From Novosphingobium sp. (GTDB taxonomy: Bacteria > Pseudomonadota > Alphaproteobacteria > Sphingomonadales > Sphingomonadaceae): DNA of 64,000 nt. The DNA lies in contig JAWKXX010000017.1 of NCBI GenBank assembly GCA_041396785.1, forward strand, positions 22,360 to 86,359, read 5' to 3'. Numbering within the stretch: position 1 is the stretch's first letter; every line of letters begins with the position of its first letter. Shown in pieces: positions 9,631 to 20,755 of this stretch. The translations under genes were made by a program, and so were the position numbers. The notes under the pieces were generated by a model. The model worked only from the letters and a program-made list of their open reading frames with translations. It was not told the DNA's origin and did no database searches.

Positions 9631-11589
9631 CTATATTTCCACCTGGCTGCCGAGTTCGACCACCCGGTTCGTCGGCAGGCGGAAGAATTCCATGGCGCTG
9701 GCGGCATTGCGCAGCATCCATGCGAACAGCTTTTCGCGCCAGATCGCCATGCCCGGCTTTTCCGAAGCGAGCAGCGTCTGGCGCGACAGGAAGAAGCTCG
9801 TCTTCATCATCTCGAACGGCCCGCCGCACATGTCCGCTTTGGCGAGTGCCGCCGGTACGTCGGTTTCCTCCATGAAGCCGTAATGCAACGTGAGCCGGTA
9901 GAATCCGTCGCCTAGGTCGGTGGCCTCGTAGCGCTCCGAGGGTTCGGCATAGGGCACGTCCTGCACGTCGACTGTCAGGACCACCACGCGCTCGTGAAGA
10001 ACCTTGTTGTGCTTGATGTTGTGGAGCAAAGCCGACGGCGCGCCGGCGTTGGACGAACACATGAATATCGCCGTCCCCGGGACCCTTGTAGCGCTGCCGT
10101 GCGCGCTCTTGGCGAAGATATCGAGCGGCAGAGCGGATTCGATCATCCGGTCGCGCATCAGCCTGCGCCCTCTCGACCACGTGGTCAGCAGCGTGAACGC
10201 GATGCCCGCGACGAGGATGGGGAACCAGCCCCCATGCGGCACCTTGTTCAGGTTGGCGGCGAAATACGCCCCGTCGACGATGAAGAAGACCGCGATCACC
10301 GGAATCGCGATCCACAGCTTCCAGCGCCAGATTGCGGTGAACAGAACGGCAAGCAGGCAGGTGTCGATCAACATCGCGCCGGTAACCGCAATGCCATAGG
10401 CAGACGCCAGGTTGGAGGAGTTCTGAAAGGTCAGAACGAGCAGGATCACTGCGATCATGAGTGCCCAGTTGACCGCCGGGATATAGATCTGTCCCGCCTC
10501 GTGCTCGCTGGTGTGGCGGATGGATAGCCTGGGCACGAAACCGAGCTGAATCGCCTGGTGGGTAATCGAAAAGGCGCCGGAAATCACCGCCTGGCTGGCG
10601 ATGAAGGTCGCGCATGTCGCCAGGATGACAAGCGGCAGACGGATCACTTCCGGAGCCAGTATGAAGAACGGGTTCTGGATCGCCACTGCAGCGCCTGCAT
10701 CGTCCAGGCCCAGCACCATCGCGCCCTGTCCGAAATAGTTGAGCAGCAGGCAGGGCATTGCAAAACCGAACCAGGACGCCCGGATCGGACTTCGCCCGAA
10801 ATGCCCCATGTCCAGATAGAGCGCCTCCGCGCCCGTAACCGCCAGAACAACCGATCCCATCGCCAGGAAGGCAAGGAACTTGTCGGTCAGGAAAAACTGG
10901 AACGCGTACCAGGGGTTGAGCGCCCACAGGATGTCGGGGGTTTGTACGATCTGGATCGAACCCAGGATAGCGATCACGATGAAATAGACGATCATCACCG
11001 GCGCGAACAACGCGCCCACCTTGGCGGTACCGCGCTTTTGCAGGAAGAACAGCAACACCAGCAGCACGATCGCAATCGGAATGACCAGCGGTTCAAGGCG
11101 AGCCTCGACGACGGTAAGCCCCTCGACGGCCGAAAGCACCGAGATCGCAGGCGTGATCATGCTGTCGCCATAGAACAGCGAGGTGGCGACAACTCCGAGC
11201 ACCACGGCCAGCCAGCCGTAGCGCGATCGGCCGATCCGGCCGGCAATCAGCGCAACCAGCGCAAGACTGCCGCCCTGCCCCCTGTTGTCGGCGCGCATCA
11301 GGATCGCGACATACTTGATCGAGACGACCAGCGTCATCGACCAGAAGATCAGGCTGATCACGCCGAGAATGTGCATATCGTCGAGAGCCAGCGGGTGCGG
11401 ACCGACGAACGCCTCACGGAAGGCGTAGAGCGGGCTGGTGCCGATATCACCGAAGACGACGCCAATTGCGCTTGCAGCAAGCAAGGCAACGCTGCTGTGG
11501 GAATTGCCGTTGCTTACGTGCGGAGCGGAGGTGCCCGCAGGAGGATATGCGGGGTATTCACCGGTGCCTTCCGGTTTGGCATCGCTCAT
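9631..11589 (-). CDS. kup: Potassium transporter Kup
   Basis: [39 protein letters not shown]. Confidence 0.96.
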   Translation of the reverse strand: MSDAKPEGTGEYPAYPPAGTSAPHVSNGNSHSSVALLAASAIGVVFGDIGTSPLYAFREAFVGPHPLALDDMHILGVISLIFWSMTLVVSIKYVAILMRADNRGQGGSLALVALIAGRIGRSRYGWLAVVLGVVATSLFYGDSMITPAISVLSAVEGLTVVEARLEPLVIPIAIVLLVLLFFLQKRGTAKVGALFAPVMIVYFIVIAILGSIQIVQTPDILWALNPWYAFQFFLTDKFLAFLAMGSVVLAVTGAEALYLDMGHFGRSPIRASWFGFAMPCLLLNYFGQGAMVLGLDDAGAAVAIQNPFFILAPEVIRLPLVILATCATFIASQAVISGAFSITHQAIQLGFVPRLSIRHTSEHEAGQIYIPAVNWALMIAVILLVLTFQNSSNLASAYGIAVTGAMLIDTCLLAVLFTAIWRWKLWIAIPVIAVFFIVDGAYFAANLNKVPHGGWFPILVAGIAFTLLTTWSRGRRLMRDRMIESALPLDIFAKSAHGSATRVPGTAIFMCSSNAGAPSALLHNIKHNKVLHERVVVLTVDVQDVPYAEPSERYEATDLGDGFYRLTLHYGFMEETDVPAALAKADMCGGPFEMMKTSFFLSRQTLLASEKPGMAIWREKLFAWMLRNAASAMEFFRLPTNRVVELGSQVEI

Positions 11590-11690
11590 GCTTACGCCCC
11601 GTCACAGACTCGACTCGGGTTGCCGCATTCCTTCGCAGTTGCGGCAAAGACGGGCCGCTTAGCAGCATGACAAAGGCGGAGCAATGTCGC

Positions 11691-12338
11691 TTATTGCACC
11701 GCCGGAGCGGCCTCTTGACTGGCAATGAATTGATCGAGCCGGGAAAGTCTGGCCTCCAGATCGGCGCGCCAGGGCGCCTCGGGCGGAGATCGCTCGAGCA
11801 GGTCGGCCCACAGCGCCCGAGCCTCTCCCAGGCGGCCGGACTGCGCCAATGCCAGACCCAGGAAGAAGGGCGGGCCGGGATGGTCCGGCTCGGCTTCGGC
11901 GGCCTTGCGGAAAGCAAACAGCGACGCCGGGGACAGCAACCCGTCCGCATGGCTGACCAGCGCATTGGCAAGCGCCAGCCATGCCTCGCCATTGTTGGGA
12001 TTCTGCTCCACCGCGACCCGCAGCATGGCGGCTGCATTGGCAAACTGGCCATTGCGGGCAAGGGCATCAGCAATCACCACCCGGCTGTCACCCAGCGGCG
12101 CGCCTTCACCTTCCAGCGAACGGCGGGCCTCGACCAGGCTGGCAGGATCATTTGAAACCGTCTGCTGCGGCGGCTTGGGCGCGCCGCTCAGCCCGGGGCT
12201 CGCCTGCAGCCCGTATCCGGCAACACCCAGCAGCAACGCCGCGCCGATCGCTTCCCAGCCCTTTCGCGGCGCCTTGAGCACAAAGGCCAGCATGCAGAAG
12301 GCGAGTGCGGCCAGCAGGATAACAAGCGCCCAGCTCAC
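11691..12338 (-). CDS. ccmI: Cytochrome c biogenesis TPR protein (CcmI/CycH-like)
   Basis: Two TM segments plus TPR-like repeats; GTG start overlaps ccmH stop. Confidence 0.75.
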   Translation of the reverse strand: MSWALVILLAALAFCMLAFVLKAPRKGWEAIGAALLLGVAGYGLQASPGLSGAPKPPQQTVSNDPASLVEARRSLEGEGAPLGDSRVVIADALARNGQFANAAAMLRVAVEQNPNNGEAWLALANALVSHADGLLSPASLFAFRKAAEAEPDHPGPPFFLGLALAQSGRLGEARALWADLLERSPPEAPWRADLEARLSRLDQFIASQEAAPAVQ

Positions 12339-12745
12339 TTCCGACTTCCTCCACCAAACCGGCGCCGCAACAACAGCACCGCAAGCGCCACAATAAAGAG
12401 CGGCACAGCGAACAGCGGCCAGGTCAGCGACGTGACGCGGGGCGCATAGCTGACATAATCGCCATAGCGCTCCACCAACCAGGCACGGACCGCTTCGGGG
12501 TCCTCCCCGGCGGCGATCCGCATGCGCACCTGGCTGCGCATGTCCCCGGCCATCGGCGCGTCGGAATCGGCGATCGACTGGCTCTGGCACTTGAGGCAGC
12601 GCAGGGTTTCCATCAGCGCCTGGGCCTGGGCCTCCAGTTCGGGATCGTCGAGCTGGCGATAGGCGTAGGGGGCCGGCGGCAGCGTATCCTGCGCCACGGC
12701 CGGAAATGCCAGCGATGCGGCAAGGAGCAACAGCAACGGCCTCAC
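12335..12745 (-). CDS. ccmH: Cytochrome c-type biogenesis protein CcmH
   Basis: LRCLKCQSQSIADS, RYGDYV. Confidence 0.92.
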   Translation of the reverse strand: MRPLLLLLAASLAFPAVAQDTLPPAPYAYRQLDDPELEAQAQALMETLRCLKCQSQSIADSDAPMAGDMRSQVRMRIAAGEDPEAVRAWLVERYGDYVSYAPRVTSLTWPLFAVPLFIVALAVLLLRRRFGGGSRK

Positions 12746-13305
12746 CAGCCCGCCTCCTCCAGTTTTTCGAGTATCAGTGGCACCTGCTCGGGCCTGATCT
12801 CGCCGATATGCTGATAACGAATCACGCCCTTGCCATCGATCACGAACGTCTCGGGCACTCCGGAAGACCCCATCGCGAGCTGCACGGCGCTGACATCGTC
12901 GGCGCCGATACGGGAGAAGGGATTGCCGTAGCGGGCAAGGAAGGCAGCCACGTCCTCGCGCCGGTCACGTATGGCGATGCCGTCGATCTCCACGCCGGCG
13001 GCCTTGAGCCGGTCGAGCTGCGGGGCCTCGATGGCGCAGGGAATGCACCAGCTCGCGAAAATGTTGAGCAAGCGCGGTCTGCCCGCTGACGAGCCCGGGT
13101 CGAAATCGCTGCTCGACAGACCGGGCCGCTCCGGGACGGCCGGACGCAGGTCGAATACTGGCAAGGGCTTGCCAATCATCGCGCTGGCGACTTCGCGGTC
13201 GGCAGGCTTGAGCAGGCCGATCAGCACCAGCACGACGAAGCCGGCGAACAGCGCCAGCGGCAGCCACAGCGCCCAGCGCCGCGATTTCGGCGGATCGCCG
13301 GTCAC
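12742..13305 (-). CDS. ccmG: Thiol:disulfide interchange protein CcmG/DsbE
   Basis: FASWCIPC, GVPETF; N-terminal TM. Confidence 0.92.
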   Translation of the reverse strand: MTGDPPKSRRWALWLPLALFAGFVVLVLIGLLKPADREVASAMIGKPLPVFDLRPAVPERPGLSSSDFDPGSSAGRPRLLNIFASWCIPCAIEAPQLDRLKAAGVEIDGIAIRDRREDVAAFLARYGNPFSRIGADDVSAVQLAMGSSGVPETFVIDGKGVIRYQHIGEIRPEQVPLILEKLEEAGW

Positions 13306-15248
13306 CGGCCCTGCTCCAGTCGCCGCTCGGCGATCTTTCCACGTGCGACGAACCGCCGGATGTCGCTCGTGGTCCGGCCGATCAGCGCAAGCAGCCCGCC
13401 CAGCCCGATCAGCAAGCCGCCAAACCAGATGAAGGTAACAAAAGGCTTCCACCAAAGGCGCAGCTGCCAGCGCCCGTCATCCGCCTCTTCCCCCACTACG
13501 GCATAGAGCTGGCCGTTCCAGCGCGTCACCAGCGCGGATTCAGTGGTTTGCTGGGGCGGGGCCCAGAAGAAGCGCGACTGGGGATCGACCTCGGCCTCCG
13601 CCCCGCCCCGATAGCGCACGGTCATCTTCGCCTCGAGCGCAGTCCAGTTCGGCCCGGCGACGGGCTCGATGCGGTCGAACTTCACCTGCCATGGGCCGAC
13701 TTCGGTGGTGTCACCGACATGTGCGGCAACCAGTTTCTCGACCGAAAAGGCGCTTTCGCTGGCCATGCCGAACAAGGCCACGGCGACGCCAAGATGGGCG
13801 ACGACCATGCCCCACACCGCCAGCGGCGTCCTTGTCAGCTTGCGCCCGCGCAGCGGCAGCAGGCTGGCCACGGCAAGCCCCGCGGCCAGAACCAGCCCAA
13901 GATAGGGCAGCACGCCGATATCCGCCCGGATCGCCAGACCGATCGCGATCGCCACGGCCAGCAGCACGGGCACGGCAAGGCTCAAGCGCACACGCGCGAA
14001 GCGGTCGCGCCGCCAGCGTAGCAGCGGTCCGATTGCCAGCACCGCCAGCATCGGCACGAAGAAGATCGCACTCATCGGGTTGAAATAGGGCGGTCCGACC
14101 GAAACCTTGGCGCCCATCGCCTCGGCCACTAGCGGATAAAGCGTGCCAAACAGGACGATGCCGAGAATCGCGGACAGCATGACATTGTTGAATACCAGCG
14201 CGCCTTCGCGGCTGAACATAGCGAAGCGTTCGCCTTCGGTGACGGTCGCCGCGCGCAGGCCGAACAGCGTCAGCGCCCCGCCGATGTTGATGGCCAGCAG
14301 CGCAAGGATGAAGGTGCCGCGCTCCGGATCGACGGCAAAGGCGTGGACGCTGGTGAGAATGCCCGAGCGGACCAGGAAAGTGCCCACCATCGACATCGAG
14401 AAAGCAACCACGCCGAGCATCACCGTCCAGGCCCTCAGCGCATTCCGCGAAGCCAGCACGCTTGCCGAATGAAGCAGCGCGGTCGCAGCCAGCCAGGGCA
14501 TCAGCGAAGCGTTCTCGACCGGGTCCCAGAACCACCAGCCGCCCCAGCCAAGCTCGTAGTAGGCCCAGTAGGAGCCGGCAGTGATGCCCAGCGTCAGGAA
14601 TATCCAGGCGCCCATCACCCAGGGTCGCATGGCCCGGGCAAAGGCCGGGCCGACCTCGCGCGTGACCAGCGCGCCGATGGCGAAGCTGAAAGCGACCGAT
14701 AGCCCGACATAGCCGAGGTAGAGCGTGGGGGGGTGGAACGCGAGACCAAGGTCCTGCAGCAGCGGATTGAGGCCCTGCCCTTCCAACGCCGGCGGATCGA
14801 GCCGTTCGAATGGATTGGAGGAGATCAGCAGGAACGCATAGAACCCAAGGCTGACGAACGCCTGCCCCGCCAGCGTCGCCAGCATGGTCGGCTCGGGCAG
14901 GCGTTTTTCCACCAGCGCGACGAAGGCGCCGGCCATGCCCATCACCGTCACCCACAGCAGCATCGAGCCCTCGTGGTTGCCCCAGGCGCCCGCAAGCTTG
15001 TAAATGAAAGGCTTGGCCGAGTGGGAGTTCATCGCCACCAGCTTCACCGAAAGGTCGGTCTGGCAGAACAGCACGATCAGCGCGGCGAAGGCGACAAGCG
15101 CGAGCAGGCCCTGCACGACCGCGACCGGCCGCACGATCCCGGCAAGCACTTCACCGCGCTGCGTCAACGCAAGGGACCCGGCAATCAGCTGCAGGCCGGC
15201 AAGCGCGGCGGCCAGCCACAGGGCGGCGAGACCGAATTCGGCGATCAT
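13302..15248 (-). CDS. ccmF: Heme lyase CcmF
   Basis: WGNHEGS, HPP.LY.GY, WGGWWFWDPVEN, SVHAF. Confidence 0.97.
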   Translation of the reverse strand: MIAEFGLAALWLAAALAGLQLIAGSLALTQRGEVLAGIVRPVAVVQGLLALVAFAALIVLFCQTDLSVKLVAMNSHSAKPFIYKLAGAWGNHEGSMLLWVTVMGMAGAFVALVEKRLPEPTMLATLAGQAFVSLGFYAFLLISSNPFERLDPPALEGQGLNPLLQDLGLAFHPPTLYLGYVGLSVAFSFAIGALVTREVGPAFARAMRPWVMGAWIFLTLGITAGSYWAYYELGWGGWWFWDPVENASLMPWLAATALLHSASVLASRNALRAWTVMLGVVAFSMSMVGTFLVRSGILTSVHAFAVDPERGTFILALLAINIGGALTLFGLRAATVTEGERFAMFSREGALVFNNVMLSAILGIVLFGTLYPLVAEAMGAKVSVGPPYFNPMSAIFFVPMLAVLAIGPLLRWRRDRFARVRLSLAVPVLLAVAIAIGLAIRADIGVLPYLGLVLAAGLAVASLLPLRGRKLTRTPLAVWGMVVAHLGVAVALFGMASESAFSVEKLVAAHVGDTTEVGPWQVKFDRIEPVAGPNWTALEAKMTVRYRGGAEAEVDPQSRFFWAPPQQTTESALVTRWNGQLYAVVGEEADDGRWQLRLWWKPFVTFIWFGGLLIGLGGLLALIGRTTSDIRRFVARGKIAERRLEQGR

Positions 15249-15700
15249 TGGGTCTCGGCCACGACCTGCTGCGCCTGGTGCTCGTTCATATCCCGCAGCT
15301 CACGGGGCACGTATTTCTCGTCATGTTTGGCCAGCAGGTTGTCCGCGAGGAACGTGCCGTCCATGCCCAGGCGACCCTCTGCGACCACGCCCGAGCCTTC
15401 CTTGAACAGCGACGGCACGATGCCCTTGAAGCGCACCGGTACCCGCGCCTGACCGTCACCGACGACAAAGGCAATCGTCACTCCGTCCGCTTCGGTTTGT
15501 AGCGAGCCCTCTTCGACCATGCCGCCCAACCGAACGGCCCGATCCGGTTCGGGAGGGTCGGCCGCGATATCGCTCGGGACGTAGAAGTAGGACGCCTGGT
15601 TTCTCAGTGCCCAGGCGGCAAGCAGTCCGGCACCGATCAGCGCCGCCAGCGCTATGACGAGCAATACCAGCCGCTGATGTTTCGGCTTGATCGCGCTCAC
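15245..15700 (-). CDS. ccmE: Heme chaperone CcmE
   Basis: RLGGMV, LAKHDEKY. Confidence 0.95.
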   Translation of the reverse strand: MSAIKPKHQRLVLLVIALAALIGAGLLAAWALRNQASYFYVPSDIAADPPEPDRAVRLGGMVEEGSLQTEADGVTIAFVVGDGQARVPVRFKGIVPSLFKEGSGVVAEGRLGMDGTFLADNLLAKHDEKYVPRELRDMNEHQAQQVVAETQ

Positions 15701-15837
15701 AATTCCCGGCTCCTGTCGCGCCGCCTTTCCGCACGAAGCATGGCAAGCCAGCTCCAGCCGATCATGACCACGGTGCCACCGATGCCGATGACATAGGCCG
15801 CAGTCACGAAAATCCAGGGATCGAGCGCCTCGCGCAT
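15697..15837 (-). CDS. ccmD: Heme exporter protein CcmD (46 aa)
   Basis: MREALDPWIFVTAAYVIG...: FV.AAY TM peptide with basic tail, between ccmC and ccmE, overlapping start/stop codons. Confidence 0.8.
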   Translation of the reverse strand: MREALDPWIFVTAAYVIGIGGTVVMIGWSWLAMLRAERRRDRSREL

Positions 15838-16580
15838 CAGCTGCCGGCCTCCATCGACGCTTCGGCAAAGGCCTTGCGCCGCAAGCGGGCATCGGCCTGC
15901 CGATTGGCCAGTATCGCCCGCATCCGCGCCAGCACCACGCCGCCGAAGATCAGCAGGAAGCCGATCGTCGAGACCAGCAGCGGCACAAGGAAATCCGGCG
16001 CCATTGCCGACTTGCCCATACCGATGCTGGGCGGCTGATGCAGCGAGTTCCACCACAGCACCGAGTAATGGATAATGGGGATGTTGACCGCGCCGACCAG
16101 TCCGAAGATCGCGGTCACGCGCGAACCGCCGCCGTTCTCGCTGCCGGCGGCGTTGGCCAGCGCCATATAGGCGAAATAGAGGAAAAGCAGCACCAGCATG
16201 CTGGTCAGCCGCCCGTCCCACACCCACCATGTCCCCCAGGCCGGGCGCCCCCAGAGCGAACCGGTGACAAGACAAATGGCGGTGTAGAGCGCGCCGGGCA
16301 CCGCAGCGGCACGCGCGGCGATCCCGGCCAGCGGATGGCGCCAGACCAGCTCGATAAAACTCGCCACGGCGATCGCCGTCCAGCCACCCATGCCGAGCCA
16401 GGCGGCCGGCACATGGACATACATGATGCGCACCGTTTCGCCCTGCAGCCCCTCCGCGGGAGCAACAAGCAGGCCCCACGCCAGCGCCGCCGTCGTTACG
16501 CCCGCGCCACCGGCCAGCAACGGCACCGTCAGCCAGCGCGCCAGGCGCAAGAATCGGGCAGGATTGGCGAAACCGTGCAT
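15837..16580 (-). CDS. ccmC: Heme ABC exporter permease CcmC
   Basis: MYVHVP, WGTWWVWDGRLTS, WWNSLHQ. Confidence 0.95.
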   Translation of the reverse strand: MHGFANPARFLRLARWLTVPLLAGGAGVTTAALAWGLLVAPAEGLQGETVRIMYVHVPAAWLGMGGWTAIAVASFIELVWRHPLAGIAARAAAVPGALYTAICLVTGSLWGRPAWGTWWVWDGRLTSMLVLLFLYFAYMALANAAGSENGGGSRVTAIFGLVGAVNIPIIHYSVLWWNSLHQPPSIGMGKSAMAPDFLVPLLVSTIGFLLIFGGVVLARMRAILANRQADARLRRKAFAEASMEAGS

Positions 16581-16666
16581 GATCGGCGCGTTTGGCAGGT
16601 GAACCGAAGCGGGGCAAGGATAACCGGACGCCCCGCCCTTCAGGAACCCGCGATCGCAGCGATCGA

Positions 16667-17731
16667 CTACCGGCCAATCAGCCGTTGCGCCATTGCGTCG
16701 GCCACCTGGTCGGGCGAACGGCCGCTGGATTCCGCTTCCTGCCAGATGGCCGTGAGGCGCTCGGGAATTTCGGCGAGCTTGGCGTGGACCTGCTCTATGC
16801 CGCAATGATCGCCGGTCTGCCGCGCGAGATATTCGAGCGTCACGGCAATGATGCCGCCGCCGTTGATCACATAGTCGGGCGCGTAGAGGATGCCCCGCGC
16901 TGCCAGGGCCGGTCCGTGCTCTTCGCGCGCAAGCTGATTGTTCGCTCCGCCCGCGACAATCGGTGCTGCCAGGCGGGCAATCCCCTCGTCGTCGAGAATC
17001 GCACCCAGCGCATTGGGGCTGAAGACATCGCATGCGACATCCATGATCGCATCGGCGGGAGCGCTGGCGGCACCTAGCTCCTTTGCCAACGCATCCGCCC
17101 GCGCCCGGTCGATATCGGCCAGTGTCAGCCTCGCTCCGTCCCGCGCCAGCAGGCGCGCAGTCCCGCCGCCGACGCTGCCCGTGCCCTGGATCGCGACATG
17201 CACGCCATCAAGGCTTTCGCGGCCAAGCTTGCAGGAAACCGCTGCCTTGATCCCAAGATAGACCCCCATGGCGGTGAACGGCCCCGGATCGCCCCCCGCG
17301 GCCCCGGAATGTTTGGAAGGCAGGCCAGTGACATAGGCGGTGCGCTGCGCAATCGCCACCATGTCCGCTTCGCTCATGCCGACGTCTTCGGCGGTGATGT
17401 AGCGCCCGCCCAGCGCATCGACGGCATCGCCGAATACCGCGAGCATATCCGGCGACTTGGCCCGGTCGGGACCGGCCAGGATCACCGCCTTGCCACCCCC
17501 CATCGGCAGGCCCGCCATTGCATTCTTGTAGCTCATGCCACGCGAGAGGCGCAGCGCGTCGCGCATGGCCATGGCGGGATCGGGATAATGCCAAAAGCGT
17601 GTTCCGCCCGCGCCGGGCCCGAGATGGCTCGAATGGATTGCGAAAATCGCGGTCAGGCCGCTCTTGCGGTCATGAACCAGCTCAACAAGCTCGTGATCGT
17701 CGAAATCGGGCTCGGTCCAGAAAGCCTTCAC
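16667..17731 (-). CDS. Leu/Phe/Val dehydrogenase
   Basis: GGTRF, MSYKNA, GGGKAV, AEDVG, GGANNQL, PDYVINGGG. Confidence 0.92.
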   Translation of the reverse strand: MKAFWTEPDFDDHELVELVHDRKSGLTAIFAIHSSHLGPGAGGTRFWHYPDPAMAMRDALRLSRGMSYKNAMAGLPMGGGKAVILAGPDRAKSPDMLAVFGDAVDALGGRYITAEDVGMSEADMVAIAQRTAYVTGLPSKHSGAAGGDPGPFTAMGVYLGIKAAVSCKLGRESLDGVHVAIQGTGSVGGGTARLLARDGARLTLADIDRARADALAKELGAASAPADAIMDVACDVFSPNALGAILDDEGIARLAAPIVAGGANNQLAREEHGPALAARGILYAPDYVINGGGIIAVTLEYLARQTGDHCGIEQVHAKLAEIPERLTAIWQEAESSGRSPDQVADAMAQRLIGR

Positions 17732-17757
17732 CTACCGCTCCAGCCGGAAATCGAAAA

Positions 17758-17835
17758 TGGGGCGACCGACGGGGCTCGAACCCGTGACCTCCGGTACCAC
17801 AAACCGGCGCTCTAACCAGCTGAGCTACGATCGCC
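17758..17835 (-). tRNA. tRNA-His(GTG) with G-1, C73 and encoded CCA
   Basis: Cloverleaf: G GCGATCG TA GCTC..GAGC G CCGGT TT GTG GT ACCGG AGGTC ACGGG TTCGAGC CCCGT CGGTCGC C CCA. Confidence 0.96.
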
Positions 17836-18010
17836 ATGCTCGGCGCGCATGCCAGGACGCGCGCTGTAAGGGAACGCCGCGCCCGTCCGCAAGCGGGAAT
17901 TGACGCGGGAGCGCGCTCTCGCACAGGCCGCACGGAATGCAAAGCAAAAACTTCGCGGGCTTTGCGCCAGTGCAATTTTATTTGTCACATGTCTGTCCTA
18001 TGGCGCCAGC

Positions 18011-18643
18011 ATGGCTGTCCCCGGCGAATCTTCGGCACAGCACCTGCTGTCCCAAAAGGGCATGCAGCGCGTGCCATCGCCCAAACTCGAACTGTTCATC
18101 CTGCGCAATTTCCTCTCCGAAGCGGAATGCGATGCGCTGATCGAACGGATCGAAGCCAAACGCCGGCCCTCCACACTCGCCAATTTCAATGGCGACGAAA
18201 CATTTCGAACCAGCGAAACCTGCGATCTCGACCATGCCGATCCGATCGTCGTGGCGCTCGACGCGAAACTCGCGGAAGTCTCCGGCATCGCGCCGGTCCA
18301 TGGCGAAACCATCCAGGGACAGCGCTATGAGGTGGGCCAGGAATTCAAGGCTCACACGGACTGCTTCGAGCCAAACGGCGAGGATTGGGAGAAATACTGC
18401 TCGGTTGCGGGTCAGCGCACATGGACCTTCATGATCTATCTGAACGACGTGCCCGCCGGCGGGGCGACGCGCTTCAAGGAGATCGACAAGATCGTCCGGC
18501 CCGAGCGCGGCAAGTTGCTCGCGTGGAACAACCTCAATCCGGACGGCACGCCGAACATGGCGACGATGCATCACGCGATGAAAGTGCGCAAAGGCCTGAA
18601 ATATGTGGTTACGCGCTGGTACCGGGAAAAACCCTGGCACTAG
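18011..18643 (+). CDS. Prolyl 4-hydroxylase-family 2OG-Fe(II) oxygenase
   Basis: RTS, Q.QRY, HTD, YLNDV..GG.T.F, HHA..V.KG.KY. Confidence 0.88.
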   Translation: MAVPGESSAQHLLSQKGMQRVPSPKLELFILRNFLSEAECDALIERIEAKRRPSTLANFNGDETFRTSETCDLDHADPIVVALDAKLAEVSGIAPVHGETIQGQRYEVGQEFKAHTDCFEPNGEDWEKYCSVAGQRTWTFMIYLNDVPAGGATRFKEIDKIVRPERGKLLAWNNLNPDGTPNMATMHHAMKVRKGLKYVVTRWYREKPWH

Positions 18644-18736
18644 GTCCGGCGTTAATTTTCCGAATCGCAGCGCCATGCAACAGGAGCGACGGGTCTCCCC
18701 GCCGCTCCCGTCGCTCACAGGAATGAGTGGGCCTTG

Positions 18737-18901
18737 TCAGTTGGCCATATACGATGATGTGGAGTTGAATGTGGTGTTGAGCTGATTGCCGATGCCCTGC
18801 ATGGCCGTGACCGCGGCAATGGCGATCAGCCCGCAGAGCAAGGCATATTCGATTGCAGTCGCACCTGTCTGATCGCGACTGAGCCTGTGTATGAATCTCA
18901 T
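18737..18901 (-). CDS. Flp family type IVb pilin (54 aa; absent from ORF track)
   Basis: MRFIHRLSRDQTG|ATAIEYALLCGLIAIAAVTAMQGIGNQLNTTFNSTSSYMAN: G/ATAIEY prepilin motif. Confidence 0.9.
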   Translation of the reverse strand: MRFIHRLSRDQTGATAIEYALLCGLIAIAAVTAMQGIGNQLNTTFNSTSSYMAN

Positions 18902-19104
18902 TCGAGTCTCCTGATATTGCGGTCTTCCACAATTTGCCCGGACGCCGTACCCCTACATGCGTCAGGCAATCCCCCGCTTGCACAGGGGATCGGACAATTC
19001 TGGCTTCCGCGCGATAACCGCGAATGAAAGCGGCAAGTGAACAGGATTGCTTAACGGCCGCGAACCATATCGCCGCCCCAGGCCGAATGTGACCCCTGTT
19101 GCAG

Positions 19105-20542
19105 TCAATCCCAGGAAAGCGGCTTGGCCACTTGCTCCAGCGGTTTGCGCTCGCTGTCGATGCCGATCAAACGCGCCAATATCGCCGCCACAGCCATCAA
19201 CCCGGAGCCGATCATGTAGCCGAGCAGCACCTGATCGCGCGATCCGCTCTCGATCAGTATCCCGAACAGCCAGGGCGCGGCGACACCGCCAATGCCCGTT
19301 CCCAGCGCATAGAAGATGGCGATCGCCAAAGCCCGCGTTTCCAGAGGGAAGCTCTCGGCAACCGTGAGATAGGCCGCCGAAGCCGCGGCGGAAGCGAAGA
19401 AGAAGGTTACGCTCCAGCAAAGGGTCTGGGTGAAGGCGTCGAGCAGTCCCGAGCGGAATGCCAGCCCGCTCACCATGAGCAGGGCGGCTGAGAGGCCATA
19501 GGTCAGCACGATCATCGGCCGTCGTCCCACAGTGTCGAAAAAACGGCCCAGAAGCAGGGTCCAAGCACGTTTCCGGCTGCAAACGGCAGAATGTACCAGC
19601 CGACATCGGCGCTGGGCCGGCGTAGAAGTCGGTGAGCATCATCGCGTAGGTGAAGAAGATCGCATTGTAGAAGAAGGCCTGGGCGATCATCAGCGAAAGT
19701 CCGTAAACGGTGCGCCGCGGATAGGTGCGGAACAAGGTTACTGCCACTTCGACCAGCGAGGTCGACCGACGCGGTCGAACGCTCACCGGCCTTTCCGATA
19801 CCGGCGGGATCTCGTGCCCTTCGGCCGCGATACGCTTCTCCAGTGCAGTGACGATGCTGTCGGCCTCCCCATAGCGGCCATGGATTGCCAGCCAGCGCGG
19901 GCTTTCGGGCAGGAAGCGCCGCAACCAGAGGATGACCAAACCGATCAGCGCACCACCGAAGAAGGCAAGGCGCCAGCCGAAATCGGGCGAAAACAGCAAC
20001 GGATCGAGCAGCACGATCGACAGCGCGCTCGCCATCGCCGCTCCCACCCAGAAGCTGCCGTTGATCGCAAGGTCGGTCCAGCCCCGCCGTCGCGCGGGGA
20101 TCAACTCCTGGATCGCCGAATTGATCGCGCTGTACTCGCCGCCGATGCCGGCACCGGTCAGGAACCGCATCGCCGCATAGCTCGGCAGGTCCCACGCGAA
20201 GGCGGTTGCGGCCGTCGCCAGCAGGTACAGACCCAGCGTCATGCTGAACATGCGCTTGCGGCCGAGCCGGTCGGTAAGCCAACCGAAGAACAGCGCTCCG
20301 CCGACCGCGCCGGCAAGATAGGCAGAATTGGCCAGCCCGACATCGGATGCGGAAAGCCCCAGACTGGCATCGTCCCGCAAGGCGCCCGCCACCGACCCGG
20401 CAAGGGTGACTTCCAGCCCATCGAGTATCCAGGTGATCCCGAGCGCGACCACCACGAGCCAGTGGAACCGGCTCCACGGCAACCGGTCGAGCCGGGCCGG
20501 CAACCGACCGGCAAGTTCGTTCAGGCTTGGCTCCGGACCCAA
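19105..20542 (-). pseudogene. MFS transporter split by two single-base frameshifts (pseudogene or sequencing error)
   Basis: ARLDRLPW, DRLGRK, GIGGEY motifs; reading continues across three frames with breaks near 19618 and 19558; start uncertain. Confidence 0.8.
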
Positions 20543-20755
20543 TGGCGCTCCCGTTTGCCGGCATTGCTTCACGATTGACAGGCGAGAGCCATCCTAACCG
20601 CCACAGCCAGCCTTGCAATGGAGCCGCCATGTGCCGGCTAGGTGTCGGAAGCGATTACACTCGGAAGTCCAGGCAACCAAAAATTAACGAAATTCCGCAG
20701 ACTATCGCGCGAAATCGTCAACCCTTTACAAGGCGCTATTTTCGGGAACCCGCCC

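Noticed and set aside
11691-16580. ccm cluster missing ccmA/ccmB
   Set aside because: Split ccm loci are common in Alphaproteobacteria.
17758-17835. tRNA-His as island integration site, or G-1-less alphaproteobacterial tRNA-His
   Set aside because: No integrase and no duplicated 3' end seen; G-1 and C73 are present (standard type).
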